NCBI GenBank assembly: GCA_051294375.1
Contig: CM119263.1
Location: forward strand, 7,270,494-7,334,493
From: Paraspadella gotoi
Taxonomy: Eukaryota; Animalia; Chaetognatha
DNA: 64,000 bases
Reading direction: 5' to 3'
Each line of letters opens with the position of its first letter. Position 1 is the stretch's first letter. The notes beneath the pieces were generated by a model. The model searched no databases and was not told where the DNA came from. It saw nothing but the letters and a program-made list of their open reading frames with translations. Below are positions 43,499 to 56,132 of the stretch, piece after piece. Both the position numbers and the translations under genes were made by a program.

Positions 43499-44303
43499 TT
43501 ATTTTTTCTCTTCTGTCTTCCCCTTCTTTTCAAATTTTTCGTACAAAAAATAGAAATTTCAGATTTCCCGTTCTTTCTTATAAACTTTTCGAGGTTAACA
43601 ACCTGATTGAAATGCTTATATCTCAATTTAAAATAAAATCTCAAAAATCTCCTAAAAATACGATGATCTAAGTACTTTTCCTAGTGGATAAAAGTACCAA
43701 TGATGCCCGGTCATTGTTAAACCTGGTTAAACGAGTAATTGAAAGAATGAGAGGTTTTCTACTGTTGCTAGTTAATTTAATTAGAAAATAAAAATTTAAT
43801 TCTGCAATAAGCTCTTCAGAGAAAATCCACATCTTCCTATAAAAATAATAATAGCTTAATTCCGCTTTGAATACAAGGTAAATGAGACATAATCCTAACA
43901 ATTTAAAACTAATTAAAATGCCCCTCCAGATTAAACTTAAATTAAACGGCACTTTGAATTCAAAAACCACTTTTTTATGATTTTAGGGGAAATTTTTTTA
44001 GTGGGTAATGTAATAGAAAACCACCATCGTCCAAACCAAACCTTCTCAAAGTCTGCTGACTTGTGTGTTTAGTAGGCAGGAAAGTAGCTTTCTATTCGCC
44101 ATATAATAATAAAAAATATTATTGGTTAAGGGAACCAGATACCAAGTTAAAAAAAATAATTTACTCGTTAAGACAGTAATAGATAGTTAGGTTCTAGAAA
44201 AAGATAGGTTGAGCAAAATCTTACAATTTATTTGGCATTATTAACTGCGCGGACCATCTAGTTCACATTCTATCCTGCAAAATTCGACTTTTAGGAAAGT
44301 CAG

Positions 44304-46430
44304 TCATGACTTTAAACAGTCGTCTTGAACCAGAAGTTGCGGCGCCATGACGCTGGAAACAAGTGGGCGTGCCCGGGAGCCGGAGACATCACAAATGAGT
44401 GTCGTGTGGGCGATTCGGGACAGTTTGAGACGGAGCGCCGTCAATGAAGGGCGTTGAGGAGCCCGCTGGACATCGGCGTCCAGTGCTTGGTCGCCGCCAT
44501 TGCCTCGAAGTTTGGACTTGTCGAGGGCGCCGACGGCAGTTTCGACGTGCGGCAATTCCTCACGCTCTTTCTGCGCTTCGAGCTCGCTCAGTCGATCTGA
44601 CGTTGGGCGGTGCTGGCGGAGGTATTTGGAGAGAGGCTGTCGGCGACGACGTTCGCCTTCCCGGCGGAATGACGGATTGTCGCCGGTGTATTCGGCGATG
44701 CCCGCCAACTTGGTAGGTTTGCTCCATGGTGTGAGGTTCTGCCTTCTCCGCAGCGCCGCCACAAGCGAGATGTGATCGCGTGAAAAACGTGGAAGCGGCG
44801 TCCTTCGACATATTTCGATCGACATGAGCAGCGAGAAAGCTCGCTTGTTTAATGGCGGCATTTGCGCTGGTTTGCGTTTCAGTGGTTTGGAGTGGAACCA
44901 AGGGTTGCCACTGGCCTTCGACGAGCTCGTTCGAGGACGGCCCGACGGCACGTCGGAATTTTAGGCATCGACTGTCAGGCTGAGAGGGGCGGCCGTCTCG
45001 GATGGACCAGCATTTGTGGAGTCGGCGCGAGGGGCGTCCTTGATTGGCTGAAGGCGGCGTCTTGCGGGGCCGCCCATTTACAGCGCGCGGTTTTTCCGCG
45101 GAGAGAACTTCAAGAGAGGGCTCGATTTTATTTGTGGGCACAAATCAGCGATTAGTAGTTTGAAAACCCCAAGGAAACGTTGAAGTTCTTTGACACTAGT
45201 GGGCGGTGGCCATCTCGCGTAATGCCTCTACCTTCGACCGGAAGACGGGCGGACCCATCCTTGTCAACGTCTGATACTAGCCCAGAACTCCAGGCTGGAG
45301 GCACCGAAAAACGCATTTAGCGCGGTGTGACGTAAGGCCGTTGTCGGCCGCGAGCGCGTTGAAGACGCGCTTGAGATCCTCTTGTGCTCTTCGTGTGAGT
45401 GAGGATGCCACAAGAAGTCATCTAAGTAAACGAAGACGTGGGGGAATGCCCGCCTTAGACTTGGTCATCATGCCGTTGGAAAGTCCTGGCCCGGCGTTTT
45501 TCAACCCAAACGGCCTTTTTAAAAGCCGAACGGCTTGATGATCGCCGTTTTGTGGCGATCTTCTTCGCGACAGGACTTCTGATGATTCCCTTGCAAGAGG
45601 GTCGATCTTCGAGAGACTGTCTTCCCGGTCTGCGTCGGCGTTGAAAGTCCATGATGGTGACGGATCGGTAACGATCGTCGACGGTGACGCCGTGAGCGCG
45701 TCGGTCGTCGCCACATGGACTGAAGAGAGCCATCTGGTTTTCGATGGTATCGTTGTTAAGCGGCGACGCGCCACGCAGTACGGTTGGACGGTCGGATAAT
45801 CCCGTATTCCAGCGTATGTCTTTACTCGGCCTTGGCGCGGCGAGCTGATTCGGGGGCAGGCGGCGGGCGCGGCGAAGACGGGGACTTTCGTCGGTATGTG
45901 ATGCGTCGACGCCGTGCTTGGTGGCGCCGAGTTGAAGACGAGTTCTTCGTTTAGTTCCGGTCGCCCGTCGAGAAGTCCGGAGTAGCGTCTGCGACGTGCA
46001 GGACGCGGGGGGCGCGAGCGGCGGCGTCGTGAGCATGGCGGTTATGGACCATGTAGTGTTCGAGATCTGAGGAAGTAATTCGGCGTTGGTGATCAACGCC
46101 GAGATGATGCTCCATCAAAAAGTCGCGCCGAGAATTGGGCGTTGGCGACCGTCGGCGATGGATGACGAGATAGGAAACGCGTTGTTCCCAATCTAATTCC
46201 CCATCTCTCGGCATGCCGAAAGTTTCGATGGGGCGATGTCGTTAAGCGGCGCGGAGTGACGGGGCGTTAGCGGCGGCGAGCGCTGCTTGACGGCGGCTGG
46301 GTCCGCCTTTGCGGCGGCGCGTCGTCAGCGGCAGAGGCGGGGCATGAGCGTCGCCTCTGTAGCCGCGTCACGACCCTCTCCAGGCCAGCGTCGAGGTCGC
46401 GCACTAAGAATTAAGCTTCGAGTCGTTCTC
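44304..46430 (-). pseudogene. pol: Gypsy pol (protease, reverse transcriptase, RNase H, start of integrase region) broken by many indels
   Basis: Fragments across frames: PR DFLMEHHLGVD (ILGADFL region); RT RARRLPP, SPCGDDRR, SKID, KTAIIKPFG, PFGLKNAG, TFQR, VYLDD (YLDD codons 45417-45428), KCVF, TSVKELQRFLG; RH VEGQWQPL, DHISLVAAL, IAEYTGD; then LICDVSGSRARPLV. Confidence 0.92.
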
Positions 46431-46899
46431 GGCCAGCGACGCGGGCGACTAGCGGCCGCCGGCGGTGGGCAGTTTGACGGCGCCATTTCATGGCGCGGCC
46501 ATCACGGTTCGTCCCGTGGCACTTGAAACGCTGTTGGGGGGACGCCAAAATTGTAGTGTAGAAGCACTTGGCTTCTCCATGGGCGGTTCGCGGCCTGTGG
46601 CGGGGAGGCGTGCGTTAATGTTGGGCGCCGTTGCTTGCCTGCGTTGCGCTGCTGCGATGGGCGCTGCTGTTGATGGGCCTTGCTGTGGGGACAGGGCGCT
46701 GCGTTGAGCGCGGCGGCGGCCGTCGAACTTGCGTTCGCGTAGGAGATGGCGGCCGTCATCAGCGTGCTTGCCGATTTCATCTAGAAGCTCAGTGGCTCGT
46801 CCGCTGTGACCTCATTTGAAAGTGACGGCGTTCAGCGAGGAGAAGCGCCGGTTCGGAGCTGCGGAGCTGCCTGAAGGAAGGAAGATTCGTCGGCGTTTT

Positions 46900-47460
46900 G
46901 GCGATGTCGGCGGTTTTTTATCTTCCTGACAGTGTCACGTGACGCCTTTTTGAGGGAGGAGCAGGCCAAGATGCCAGCCTGTGATTGTGGTCCAGGTGAG
47001 ACCTTCCAAGACGGCGTCTGATAGCGGAGAGGTGCTGGGAAGGAGTGACGCCTTTCAGTGACGTCATCTCAGCGCCTTTGCGGAGGTCTGTTGGCGTCCT
47101 CACATATGATTTTCTGCAAGTGGAGAATCAAATTTTTGTAAGCTTCGGGGCCTTCGTCAATGCGAGGAGACCATGTGAATTAGCGGTGACGGGAGCAGGA
47201 TGGGGATGGCGCTGAGAATGAAGCGCCTTTCTTCTCCGCCGGCTCGTGACGGGCCAGTGGCGCCGAATTCCACAGCGTCGTGGTCTAGCCACTCCCGATG
47301 TGGTCTGGTCGAAGGTCGTCAGCTTGGGAATTTCTCCTTCTTGCTTGTAGCGGCTGAAGGCGCTGGAGGGCGTGAGAGGGTCGGGTTGCCTGTGGGGGTG
47401 GCGTCGGCTGGCGCCGTCTTCACCGATGGAGTCGAACTCCGTTGAAGCGGGTGCTTGCAT
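46900..47460 (-). pseudogene. gag: Gypsy gag-like region, frameshifted
   Basis: IPKLTTFD.., EAYKNLILHLQK.. and EMTSLKGVTPSQHLSAIRR resemble the KLPPF and LGDRKPSQLL motifs of Ty3/Gypsy gag. The region lies directly upstream of pol. Confidence 0.65.
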
Positions 47461-48130
47461 CCGCTGAGGAGGTTGGGCCTTTCCTGTGACCGCGGCGAGT
47501 TTGTGTTATCTCGAAGACCATTTGAAAAGTCTCCGATTTGCGAGTCGAGAGGCCGTCGCGGACGTCGAGGCGGCGGCGTCGTGGAATGCGTTCGCGGCGG
47601 CCGGCGCTTGTCGGATTGGGAGAGCGTTGCGCGGTGGTCACCGCATCGTCGTTTCTTCTTCGTCGGCGGTGGCGTTGAGGGCGTTGACGCATTGGGTGAT
47701 GAGAACGCGCATTAAGAGAGAAAAAAAAAAAAAAAAATATTATCACTTGAAAAAATTATTTTCCTTGAAAAAGAAATATATGATTTGCCTTGTTTAAAAA
47801 TATTTCAATTTAAAAATATTTGTTTGAAGAGTTGTATTGGCAAAAAAACGATTCGAATCGAGAGAGTGGAGAGAAGGGGAAAAAGAATTAGCAAAAAACG
47901 CGGTAAAAGTTTTCTTTCTGAGTAGATTTAAATTAAAAAATTAATTTAAAAAAAATGGTTTGAATTAAATAAATTGGTTCGGCGCGATAAACGCGCGGAG
48001 TTTTGTTTCGTTGGTTGTTGGAGAAGTAGTTTTCCTTTTTGTTAGTTTTTTTTTTTGTTTTTGTTTTGTTTTGTTTGTCTTGTTTTTTTTTTTTTTTGTT
48101 TCGTTGTTGTTTCTCTTTTTATTATTTTTT

Positions 48131-48378
48131 ACGTCGGCTCACACGTGTGGACGCACAAGTTTCAGAGTAAGAATTGATTTATTCTTCAACAAAGTTATAA
48201 ACCAATAACAGTCAAAATGCTCAGATGCTAAGTCTGATTACAATGTATACAAAGGGTCAAACGTTTGACCATAAAGGTCAACCGTTTTGACATAATAAGT
48301 TGGGAAATGAGCGAGGGTAAGGGTTGGTAAGTCATGTGGTTGACAAGGTGCCGTGTTCTAGATGTTCGGATCCACCCA
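48131..48378 (-). repeat. Putative primer-binding site (48131-48145) and 5' LTR (~48146-48378)
   Basis: Plus-strand acgtcggctcacacg resembles the tRNA-Trp 3' end acgtcggggtcacca. The adjacent segment is bounded by TGTGGA...TCCAC(C)CA and has AATAAA on the minus strand near its 3' end. There is no second LTR to confirm it. Confidence 0.5.
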
Positions 48379-49022
48379 ATATATAATTTTTTTTTTTAAT
48401 TAAAAAATATTAGTTGATAATGTTATTAATTAATAAACTTTTGTTTATATATAAAAAAACATTTTTAAGTTATTATAATTTAGTAATAATTCTAAAGAAA
48501 TTGGCGCTATTAGCTACCTTTAATATATTTGTTGATATTCGTGGGGAGAGAGAGGTTAATGTTGTCTTCTGGAGAGAGTCGGTTGAACGGGATTCACTAT
48601 ACAATCGAAAGTTTTAATGAACTCTTCTGTCCGATATTTCCAATTAGTATAGATACATCATTTTGATTATTAAAAATCAAAACATCTAAAAGGCCGAATA
48701 TTAAATCATACATTTAATTTTCCGTGAACAGAATACTGCAGATGCAGAATACTTGGATTATACCTCACGCACGTCCAGTCACATCCCACCTCCCTTCCTT
48801 AATCCAATCCCCATTCTTCTTGTTCCATCCTTCCCTTGAACTTACCCACTACCCACTTTCGATATTCCATATCAAAAAAGCCCCAGATCTGCGCAACCAT
48901 CGCCCAAACCTTGTCGAAACCTCACCCAGGCCTCACCCGTCCCGAGAGTGCGACGTAATTCAAATCCGTTCTCGTCGGTCGCCGGGAATCGGAGCCGCGA
49001 TTAGGAAATCGAGAAGATCGAG

Positions 49023-49076
49023 TCAAGGTCATCGGGACGGAAGGTCTAAAGGTCAAGGTCAAAAGGTCAAAGGCTC
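49023..49076 (+). promoter_or_regulatory. Cluster of AGGTCA nuclear-receptor half-sites (two TCAAGGTCA; DR0 and DR2 spacings)
   Basis: AGGTCA at 49026, 49050, 49056 and 49064, plus near-matches at 49042 and 49071. Confidence 0.4.
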
Positions 49077-50171
49077 GAAGGGAGATGATCAGAAGTGAGA
49101 AAACAGTTCCGCTGTTTATTATGGTTTTTTTTTTTCGCTTCGTCTATGAACGAGTGAGGGTGGTGAGGGAGGAGGAAAAGACGCAAAGATAGAGAGAGAG
49201 AAGAGAAAAGAAGAGATGGAGAGAGAGAGGAGATGAGGAAGATGAGAGAGGAAGAGCGATTGAACGAGAGAGAGAAGAGAGAAATCAATTTTCTATTCTT
49301 TTTTTTTTCTTTCTCTATTTTAATTGAGCTTGTGAGGGGGAAACGATTTAAGCTTCGCGGCGAAAGGAAGAGAAGAGATGGAGAAAGGATTTTCGTTTTG
49401 AAGAGAAACTTAATATCAATTCTCGGCGAATTTAATCCCTCGTAGTGATGGAGGGACTTACTCGGACGGCGGGTAAGTTAAGAGGAGGGATTCGTTGGCT
49501 AGGAAATGTTGGCTAGAAAAAAAGGGAGGAATCAAGCGGAATAGATAGGTAAGTTGCAATGTGTCATGTAGTTATGGGAGTGAAAGACAAATTTATTAAT
49601 TTTCAACATTTCTGAGAGTATATTTCCCTATATGTGTTGCATATCAAGAGTTGCACAACATCTTCGGTCAACCTCAGCTGCATCTTTTACAGCAGCTGCC
49701 ATTCAAGGCCTTTCTCTTAAAATTCTATCAGCGGCTGCAGGAGACGCGGCAGCTGTTTTCCTCTCTGTTCGAAGCGTGAAACTTGTAAAAAGATAAAAGG
49801 TGCAAACTTTGCAATTTCGTTTCAGTTTTTTTTTTTCGTGTCGAAGTTTGGCGCCAGTGGCTGTCGAGGCCATTGAATGTCGGCGCCTTAATTCCTTATA
49901 GCGATCGGCTTCAGAAGCTTCTATTCGATGATGTTTTTGGCGCCTGTTTAAGTTTCTACATTAAAATATATTGACGTCTCTTTCAATTGATGAAGTTAAA
50001 AATATCGTTGCCTAAAATTCATTGCTGATCAAAATTACCACGAAGATTATTTTTATGCATTTCAGCTCTTGACGATCGAGTGCTAAAATCAATAGAAAAG
50101 ATTGAAGCCCTAAAACTTATAGGATTTAAAATAAAATAAAATAAAATAAAATCTTTCCACAGGAAATAACG

Positions 50172-50232
50172 CTGATACGTAGTATCGAACTCTTAGTATC
50201 GGCCGTTGCGGTACTAAAGCTTCGTCAGTCAA
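50172..50232 (-). ncRNA. Hammerhead-like fold with variant core (GAUA in place of GAAA)
   Basis: The minus strand reads ttga CTGACGA agctttagta-ccgcaacggccga-tactaagagttc GATA CTACG TA tcag. Helix I is ttga/tcag, helix II is long and helix III is short. Confidence 0.35.
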
Positions 50233-50552
50233 AAAACTATGTGGGGAAAAAAATATCCGAGGTGATTTGTAAGCAATTGGCGAATTGTGCTATGAGTTGT
50301 GACGCCTCATAACTGTTACTGAAATTATGTCTGGTTCTTTAACTGTCCAGTAAAAACCTTTTTAGTTTAAATATTGTTTTAAATTTCATATTATTTGAGG
50401 GATTTTAGGAGAGTTTTTTTTATTTTTGGTGTTATTGAAACGTCTCGTTAGTGAATAATTATACGTTGAAAGAGAGTGAGGGAGGTGACAGAGGCAGAGA
50501 GAGAGAGACGAGAGAGAGGAGAGAGAGAGAGGAGAAGAGAGAGAGGGGGGGG

Positions 50553-51053
50553 GTTAATCGAATTGAAAGTCGAAAAGCCGTGACCGAAGAGAGAATCGAT
50601 TCTGTCATTGATGATTTTTTTTGTTTTTCCGTCAGAAAATTCCGTTTGTCGTCGTCGTCCGTCGTTGTTGTTGTCACCGTCGTCGTCGCTGGTATCATTT
50701 CGTCGTCGTTCACGTCTCTCTCTCAACCTCTCGTAGAGAATTGTACAAAGTCCATTTATTCAGACGCGATATTGTAAAGCACCGGAATTGCCACAGGTTT
50801 GAAATTTTATTTCGTTACAATATAACCACTCACGGAATTGACCAAAAAAAATAAAACAACAAAAAAAAAGGAAGAACTCTCGACATCGACAACCTATAAA
50901 TTTTTGACTTTCCGTGAACGATGGCGGAAGGTCGCTAATTGGTTTTTTCTTTAATTAATAAAACGCTTTTCAAAAATAGAAACGGATGTCGATAGACTGT
51001 GAAAAGGAAGGTGAGAGAGAGAGAGAAGAGGAGAGAGAGAGAGAGAGAGAAAG

Positions 51054-51084
<31 letters not shown>

Positions 51085-52388
51085 GAAGAGAGAGAAGAGA
51101 GAGAGAGACAGGGGGGGAGATTAATGCGTTGGGAAGACGAGTGTAACACATTAAAAGCGTAATGGAGGTATTGACCATAAAAGGGGGAGATGGATGTTAG
51201 GAGTTTAAGGAGAAAAAGAGGAATGAAAAGTTAAAGGAGGGAAAATATATAATTTGAATGAAATGGTGACCAATGATGTTTGATGTGAAAGGAGGAGGAG
51301 AGTCTGGTGCCACAGAAGTTTTTTAAAATTCAAACACTCAATCTATTTGCATGTGCAGTTTGCATTGTGCACTCTGTTGATGTATTTAACGTCTGTTTTG
51401 TCCTGAGAGTGAAAACTAAAGCAAAGAATTTAGCGGATAAAACAAAAGAGGAAATAAGAGAAAGAAAGAAAGTAAAAAACGGGACATATAAGGAAAAGAA
51501 AGAAAAAGAAAATGAAAAGAAAATGAAAAGAAAGCGAAAAGATCGAAACGGCCTGGGAAATTTTCTTGCCGAGATCTATAAATCTGTAAAAGCAGAGACA
51601 GAAGGAAGTGGAGGAATACGATAACGACGATAAAGAATCATGATATGACGACGACGACGACGACGAACGACGTCGACGATGATGATGAAGATGGCGGTTA
51701 TGATTCAACTCGATGGTTCGAACTCAACGACATAAAAACACGAAACCTTCATCGTCGTCGTCGTCGTCGTCGTCGTCGAGTGCAGTGGCATCTCTCTCTN
51801 NNNNNNNNNNNNNNNNNNNNNNNNGTGGCGAGGGACGCGGAGGAGACGGAGAACGGACGAATGAAGAGTAGAGGAGACGGAGATACGTAGAGAGAGACGA
51901 GAGAGGACAGAAGAGAGAGAGGGGGCGGCTTGTTAATTTAATCGAATTGAAAGTCGAAAAGCCGTGACCGAAGAGAGAATCGATTCTGTCATTTGATGAT
52001 TTTTTTTGTTTTCCCGTCAGAAATTCCGTTTGTCGTCGTCGTCGTCGTCGTTGTTGTCACCGTCGTCGTCGCTGGTATCATTTTCCGTCGTCGTTCACGT
52101 CTCTCTCTCAACCTCTCGTAGAATTGTACAAAGTCCATTATTCAGACGCGATATTGTAAAGCACCGGAATTGCCACAGGTTTGAAATTTTATTTCCGTTA
52201 CAATATAACCACTCACGGAATTGACCAAAAAAAATAACAACAAAAAAAAACAAGGAAACTCTCGACATCGACAACCTATAAATTTTTGACTTTCCGTGAA
52301 CGATGGCGGAAGGTCGCTAATTGGTTTTTCTTTAATTAATAAAACGCTTTTCAAAATAGAAACGGATGTCGATAGACTGTGAAAAGGA

Positions 52389-52441
<53 letters not shown>

Positions 52442-53111
52442 AGATTAATGCGTTGGGAAGACGAGTGTAACAACATTAAAAGCGTATGGAGGTTATTGAC
52501 CATAAAAGGGGGAGATGGATGTTAGGAGTTTAAGGAGAAAAGAGGGAATGAAAAGTTAAGGAGGGAAAATATATAATTTTGAATGAAAATGGTGACCAAT
52601 GATGTTTGATGTGAAAGGAGGAGGAGAGTCTGGTGCCACAGAAGTTTTTTAAAATTCAAACACTCAATTCTATTTGCATGTGCAGTTTGCATTGTGCACT
52701 CTGTTGATGTATTTAACGTCTGTTTTGTCCTGAGAGTGAAAACTAAAGCAAGAATTTAGCGGATAAAACAAAAAGAGAGAAATAGAGAAAGAAAGAAAGA
52801 AAAAACGGGACATATAAGGAAAAGAAAGAAAAAGAAAATGAAAAGAAAATGAAAAGAAAGCGAAAGATCGAAACGGCCTGGGAAATTTTCTTGCCGAGAT
52901 CTATAAATCTGTAAAAGCAGAGAGAAGGAAGTGGAGGAATACGATAACGACGATAAAGAATCATGATGATGACGACGACGACGACGACGACGACGACGTC
53001 GACGATGATGATGAAGATGGCGGTTATGATTCAAACTCGATGGTTCGAACTCAACGACATAAAAACACGAAACCTTCATCGTCGTCGTCGTCGTCGTCGT
53101 CGATGCAGTGG
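50553..53111 (+). repeat. Tandem duplication (~50553-51790 and ~51938-53111) straddling a 25-N gap
   Basis: ttaatcgaattgaaagtcgaaaagccgtgaccgaagagagaatcg occurs at 50553 and 51938, and both copies end at tgcagtggc. They differ mostly by 1-bp indels and microsatellite length. Confidence 0.95.
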
Positions 53112-53154
53112 CGTCGTCGTGTTTCTCGTTCTCTGCATCTCTGTCGTCGTCGTC

Positions 53155-53213
53155 GTTCGTTCGTTCGTTCGTTCGTTCGTTCGTTCGTTCGTTCGTTCGT
53201 TTGTTTGTTTGTT
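53155..53213 (+). repeat. (TTCG)n grading into (TTTG)n tetranucleotide microsatellite
   Basis: Direct reading. Confidence 0.9.
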
Positions 53214-55324
53214 TTACCGGCGAAGATCGAGGAAGCCCGGTGACGGCTGGTAGGGGGTGGGAAGGGGGAGTGAAGACTGGGTGCCCGGATTAGCGAATGG
53301 AAAAGAGAAAGTGACCAGGAGGAGATAAGGAGCGACTGTTGGTTCAGCGGCAGCAGGACTCCAATGAAAGAGGGGAAAAAAATGGGGAAAAAAACCGGGT
53401 TGAGAGAAAAAAAAGGGGGAAAAAAAACAAAGAAAAAGGAAAAAAGAAAACATAATACAATTTGGAGAAAAAGAAACATGAAAGAAATTGTTCTCTCTTT
53501 GCGATTAAGTATTGAATTAAAAAAGATTTTTGTGAGGACGATTAATTGATTGGTTAAATCGAGATAATTCCACAGTCACTGGCTTTTCGTTAAGTCTTTG
53601 TTACTTTTGTCATGGTCATCGTCGGTAGTTTTTTCTCTATAACGTACATGAAATATATGTATACAAAATCTTTGTCTCTTCATTTCAGAGTCGACGCTTA
53701 TTTAAAACCGGAAGTCCGTGCGCGATGAATGAACGTAGGTGTTGAGAGGGAAAGACGAAAACGCCGAGGATGTGAAGGCGTCGACGAGGAATCACTTTAC
53801 GAGTCACACATTCACTCTCCTCACACACCTAAATTAAACAGCAGAATCCAAGCCGCATCGCCGCAGTTATCGGCCGCCCGCCAGATATCGCCGCCGCATC
53901 GCCGCCAGTATCGCCGCCGCAACAAGCGACCGCTGCGACGCTTCGACGCCACCACGCTCTCAAACCACCGTCATCAACTTGTACATCTGCCATCCAGCCA
54001 GAGCCTCGCGCCGTCACCCGTGACGTGACGTATGCGTCAATAACGAAATGAAGACGAACGAGAGATGAGGATTTTGTGAAATGAGAAAAGAGAATTGATT
54101 TTCAGTTTTTACAAGCGGATAAGCGAAAACGTGTCCGTTGAGAGAGGGAATATATATATATATTATATAACCTTTCTATAGACTCAAACTTCGCGCTTAA
54201 AAATAACTTCTTTCCGTCTATTCCCCACTCATAAAACCGGTTGCTCAAAACCCCATACATAGCGTTTTTTCGAAAATACGACTCTAATCACTACTTCCGT
54301 CATAAGTCCTGAAATCGGCCGCGTGCGGTTCAAATTTACCCCCCCCCCCACAGTGTATCCACACCGTGGAAACATCATGTCATCACTTTAGCAATTTCTA
54401 TGATTTTGGCAAATATCTTTCTTTAAAACTCCTTTGCCATTTCTATTAAAACGTTTATTTCGTTTTTTTGTCTTAGTACGGAATTATCTATTTTCTGCAG
54501 TCTTTGCGATGCAAATTGAATTTTTGATTGATTGCTCGTTTGTTACCACACATTATATCACGTCAGAAAATAATAATTTTTATTAAAAACTATATATTTT
54601 AATAATCAATCAACAGCCTTTCGCTAAGGTTTCTGTGACATATTAATTTTTATTTATGCTAGAAATGAAAGTTGCATTACAGGGCATTAAGTTGGCAAAT
54701 TGCATGTTAGAATGAAATGAGGCCTCCAGATTTTCCTTAAAGTTCAGCTTTGAAGTGTCGCGGATATTTAGGGAATCATCAAATTAACTTCAAAAGGCAT
54801 CAATAGCTGGTGTGTCTTTGAACAAACCCCTGTTGCGGTTTTTTGCGTTTTGTTTAAGAAAGAAATCTGACTTGCAAGATAGACTAGTTTATGTAAATCC
54901 GAAATTTTATTTTCTATATAAATTAACAAGAAAGGTGCGGAAGGCGACCGAAAGATAGAGAGAGAGAAAAAAGATGAAGAGAAAAGAAAGAGAGAGAGAG
55001 ATAGAGAGAGAGAGAATACAGAGATGCGTAACATCAGGCATGCTCGTTCTGACTGAATCAGAGAAAAAAGAGAGACGAGCAGAGAGACGAGAGATGAGAG
55101 AGAGCAAAGAGAGAGAAAGAAGGGAGAGAGAAAAAAAAAAAAAAAAAGAGAGAGAGAGAGAGAGAGCAGCAGAGAGAGAGAAGAGAGAGAAGATTCGTAA
55201 CTTTAAGCCTACTGCAGAGTAAAAACTCATTTTGGATAATCATAAGAGAAAGAAAGAGAGAAAGAGGCGAGGAGAAGGAGACTGGAGAGAGAGGAAAGAG
55301 AGAAAAAAAAATCTTAAAAGAATA

Positions 55325-55819
55325 GCGTCGAGCCTCCCTTCAATGCATAACCAAATTATTGGTGCGATGATAACCAAAGGATTGCATGCCGATGATAAAA
55401 ACCGATATGATGCCGATATAACAATATTGATGCGATGATACCAAATGAATCGATTTTATGATTACCAAAATGATTGATGGAATTAATAAACCAAAAGGTT
55501 GATGCAATGATAGTCATTCATTGATGTGATGGACAATCATTTATTGCATAAATGACTAGTCATTCATTGACTCAATAATCAATCATCATAAATAAAACAC
55601 GCAAATGCCGTGTATGAGTGAAAGAGAGAGGAAAGAAGAGAAAGAGAGAGATTGAAAGAGAGAGAAAGAAAGTGAATATCCACGAAAATCTCGGATGTTA
55701 AAATTTGGAGGATTTTGCATTGCAGAAAAAATCGCGGAATAAATCGCGAAATTAAAAGTTTTTAAAAGGAAAAACACATATCAAAATTTTGTTTAAAAAC
55801 GATCAGCCAAGAGATCTAC

Positions 55820-55859
<40 letters not shown>

Positions 55860-55860
55860 C
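55325..55860 (+). repeat. Second copy of the GATGCGATGATA-minisatellite dispersed repeat
   Basis: Collinear with 38510-39060. Confidence 0.8.
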
Positions 55861-56132
55861 AGATAGAAAAGGTTAAAGTTTCCAACAAAGAATTGAGAGA
55901 GAGCATTAGCTGCGTCAGTTTAGAGACAATTTAGTTGAGGCTAGATAGAATAAGTGGTGAAAAGAAATGAAATTTGGTGAAGGTGAGAGAGAGCAGAGCA
56001 GAGAGAGAAGAGACAGAGAGAGAAGAGAGAAAATAAACAATTACATTTGCAGCAATGTACACAATGATAAAAAAACAAAACTTCATTTTTGTATGTCTAA
56101 TAACAAAAATTGTCATATTGGACTAAAAACCT

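Larger units (their letters stand above)
44304..48378 (-). mobile_element. Ty3/Gypsy LTR retrotransposon, 3'-truncated and frameshifted
   Basis: A GC-rich island with domain order gag-PR-RT-RH-(IN start), which is diagnostic of Ty3/Gypsy. A putative LTR and PBS lie upstream. No integrase core or 3' LTR was found. Confidence 0.93.

Noticed and set aside
44444-47797. Plus-strand ORFs over the GC-rich island
   Set aside because: They are antisense shadows of the minus-strand Gypsy gag-pol, favoured by high GC.
51790-51824. atctctctct before an N gap resembling a PacBio SMRTbell adapter start
   Set aside because: Only ~10 low-complexity bases match, and the duplicate copy has similar genomic gcatctctgt nearby.
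54295-54400. cataagtcctgaaa resembling a mariner TIR
   Set aside because: No partner inverted repeat or TA TSD was found nearby.
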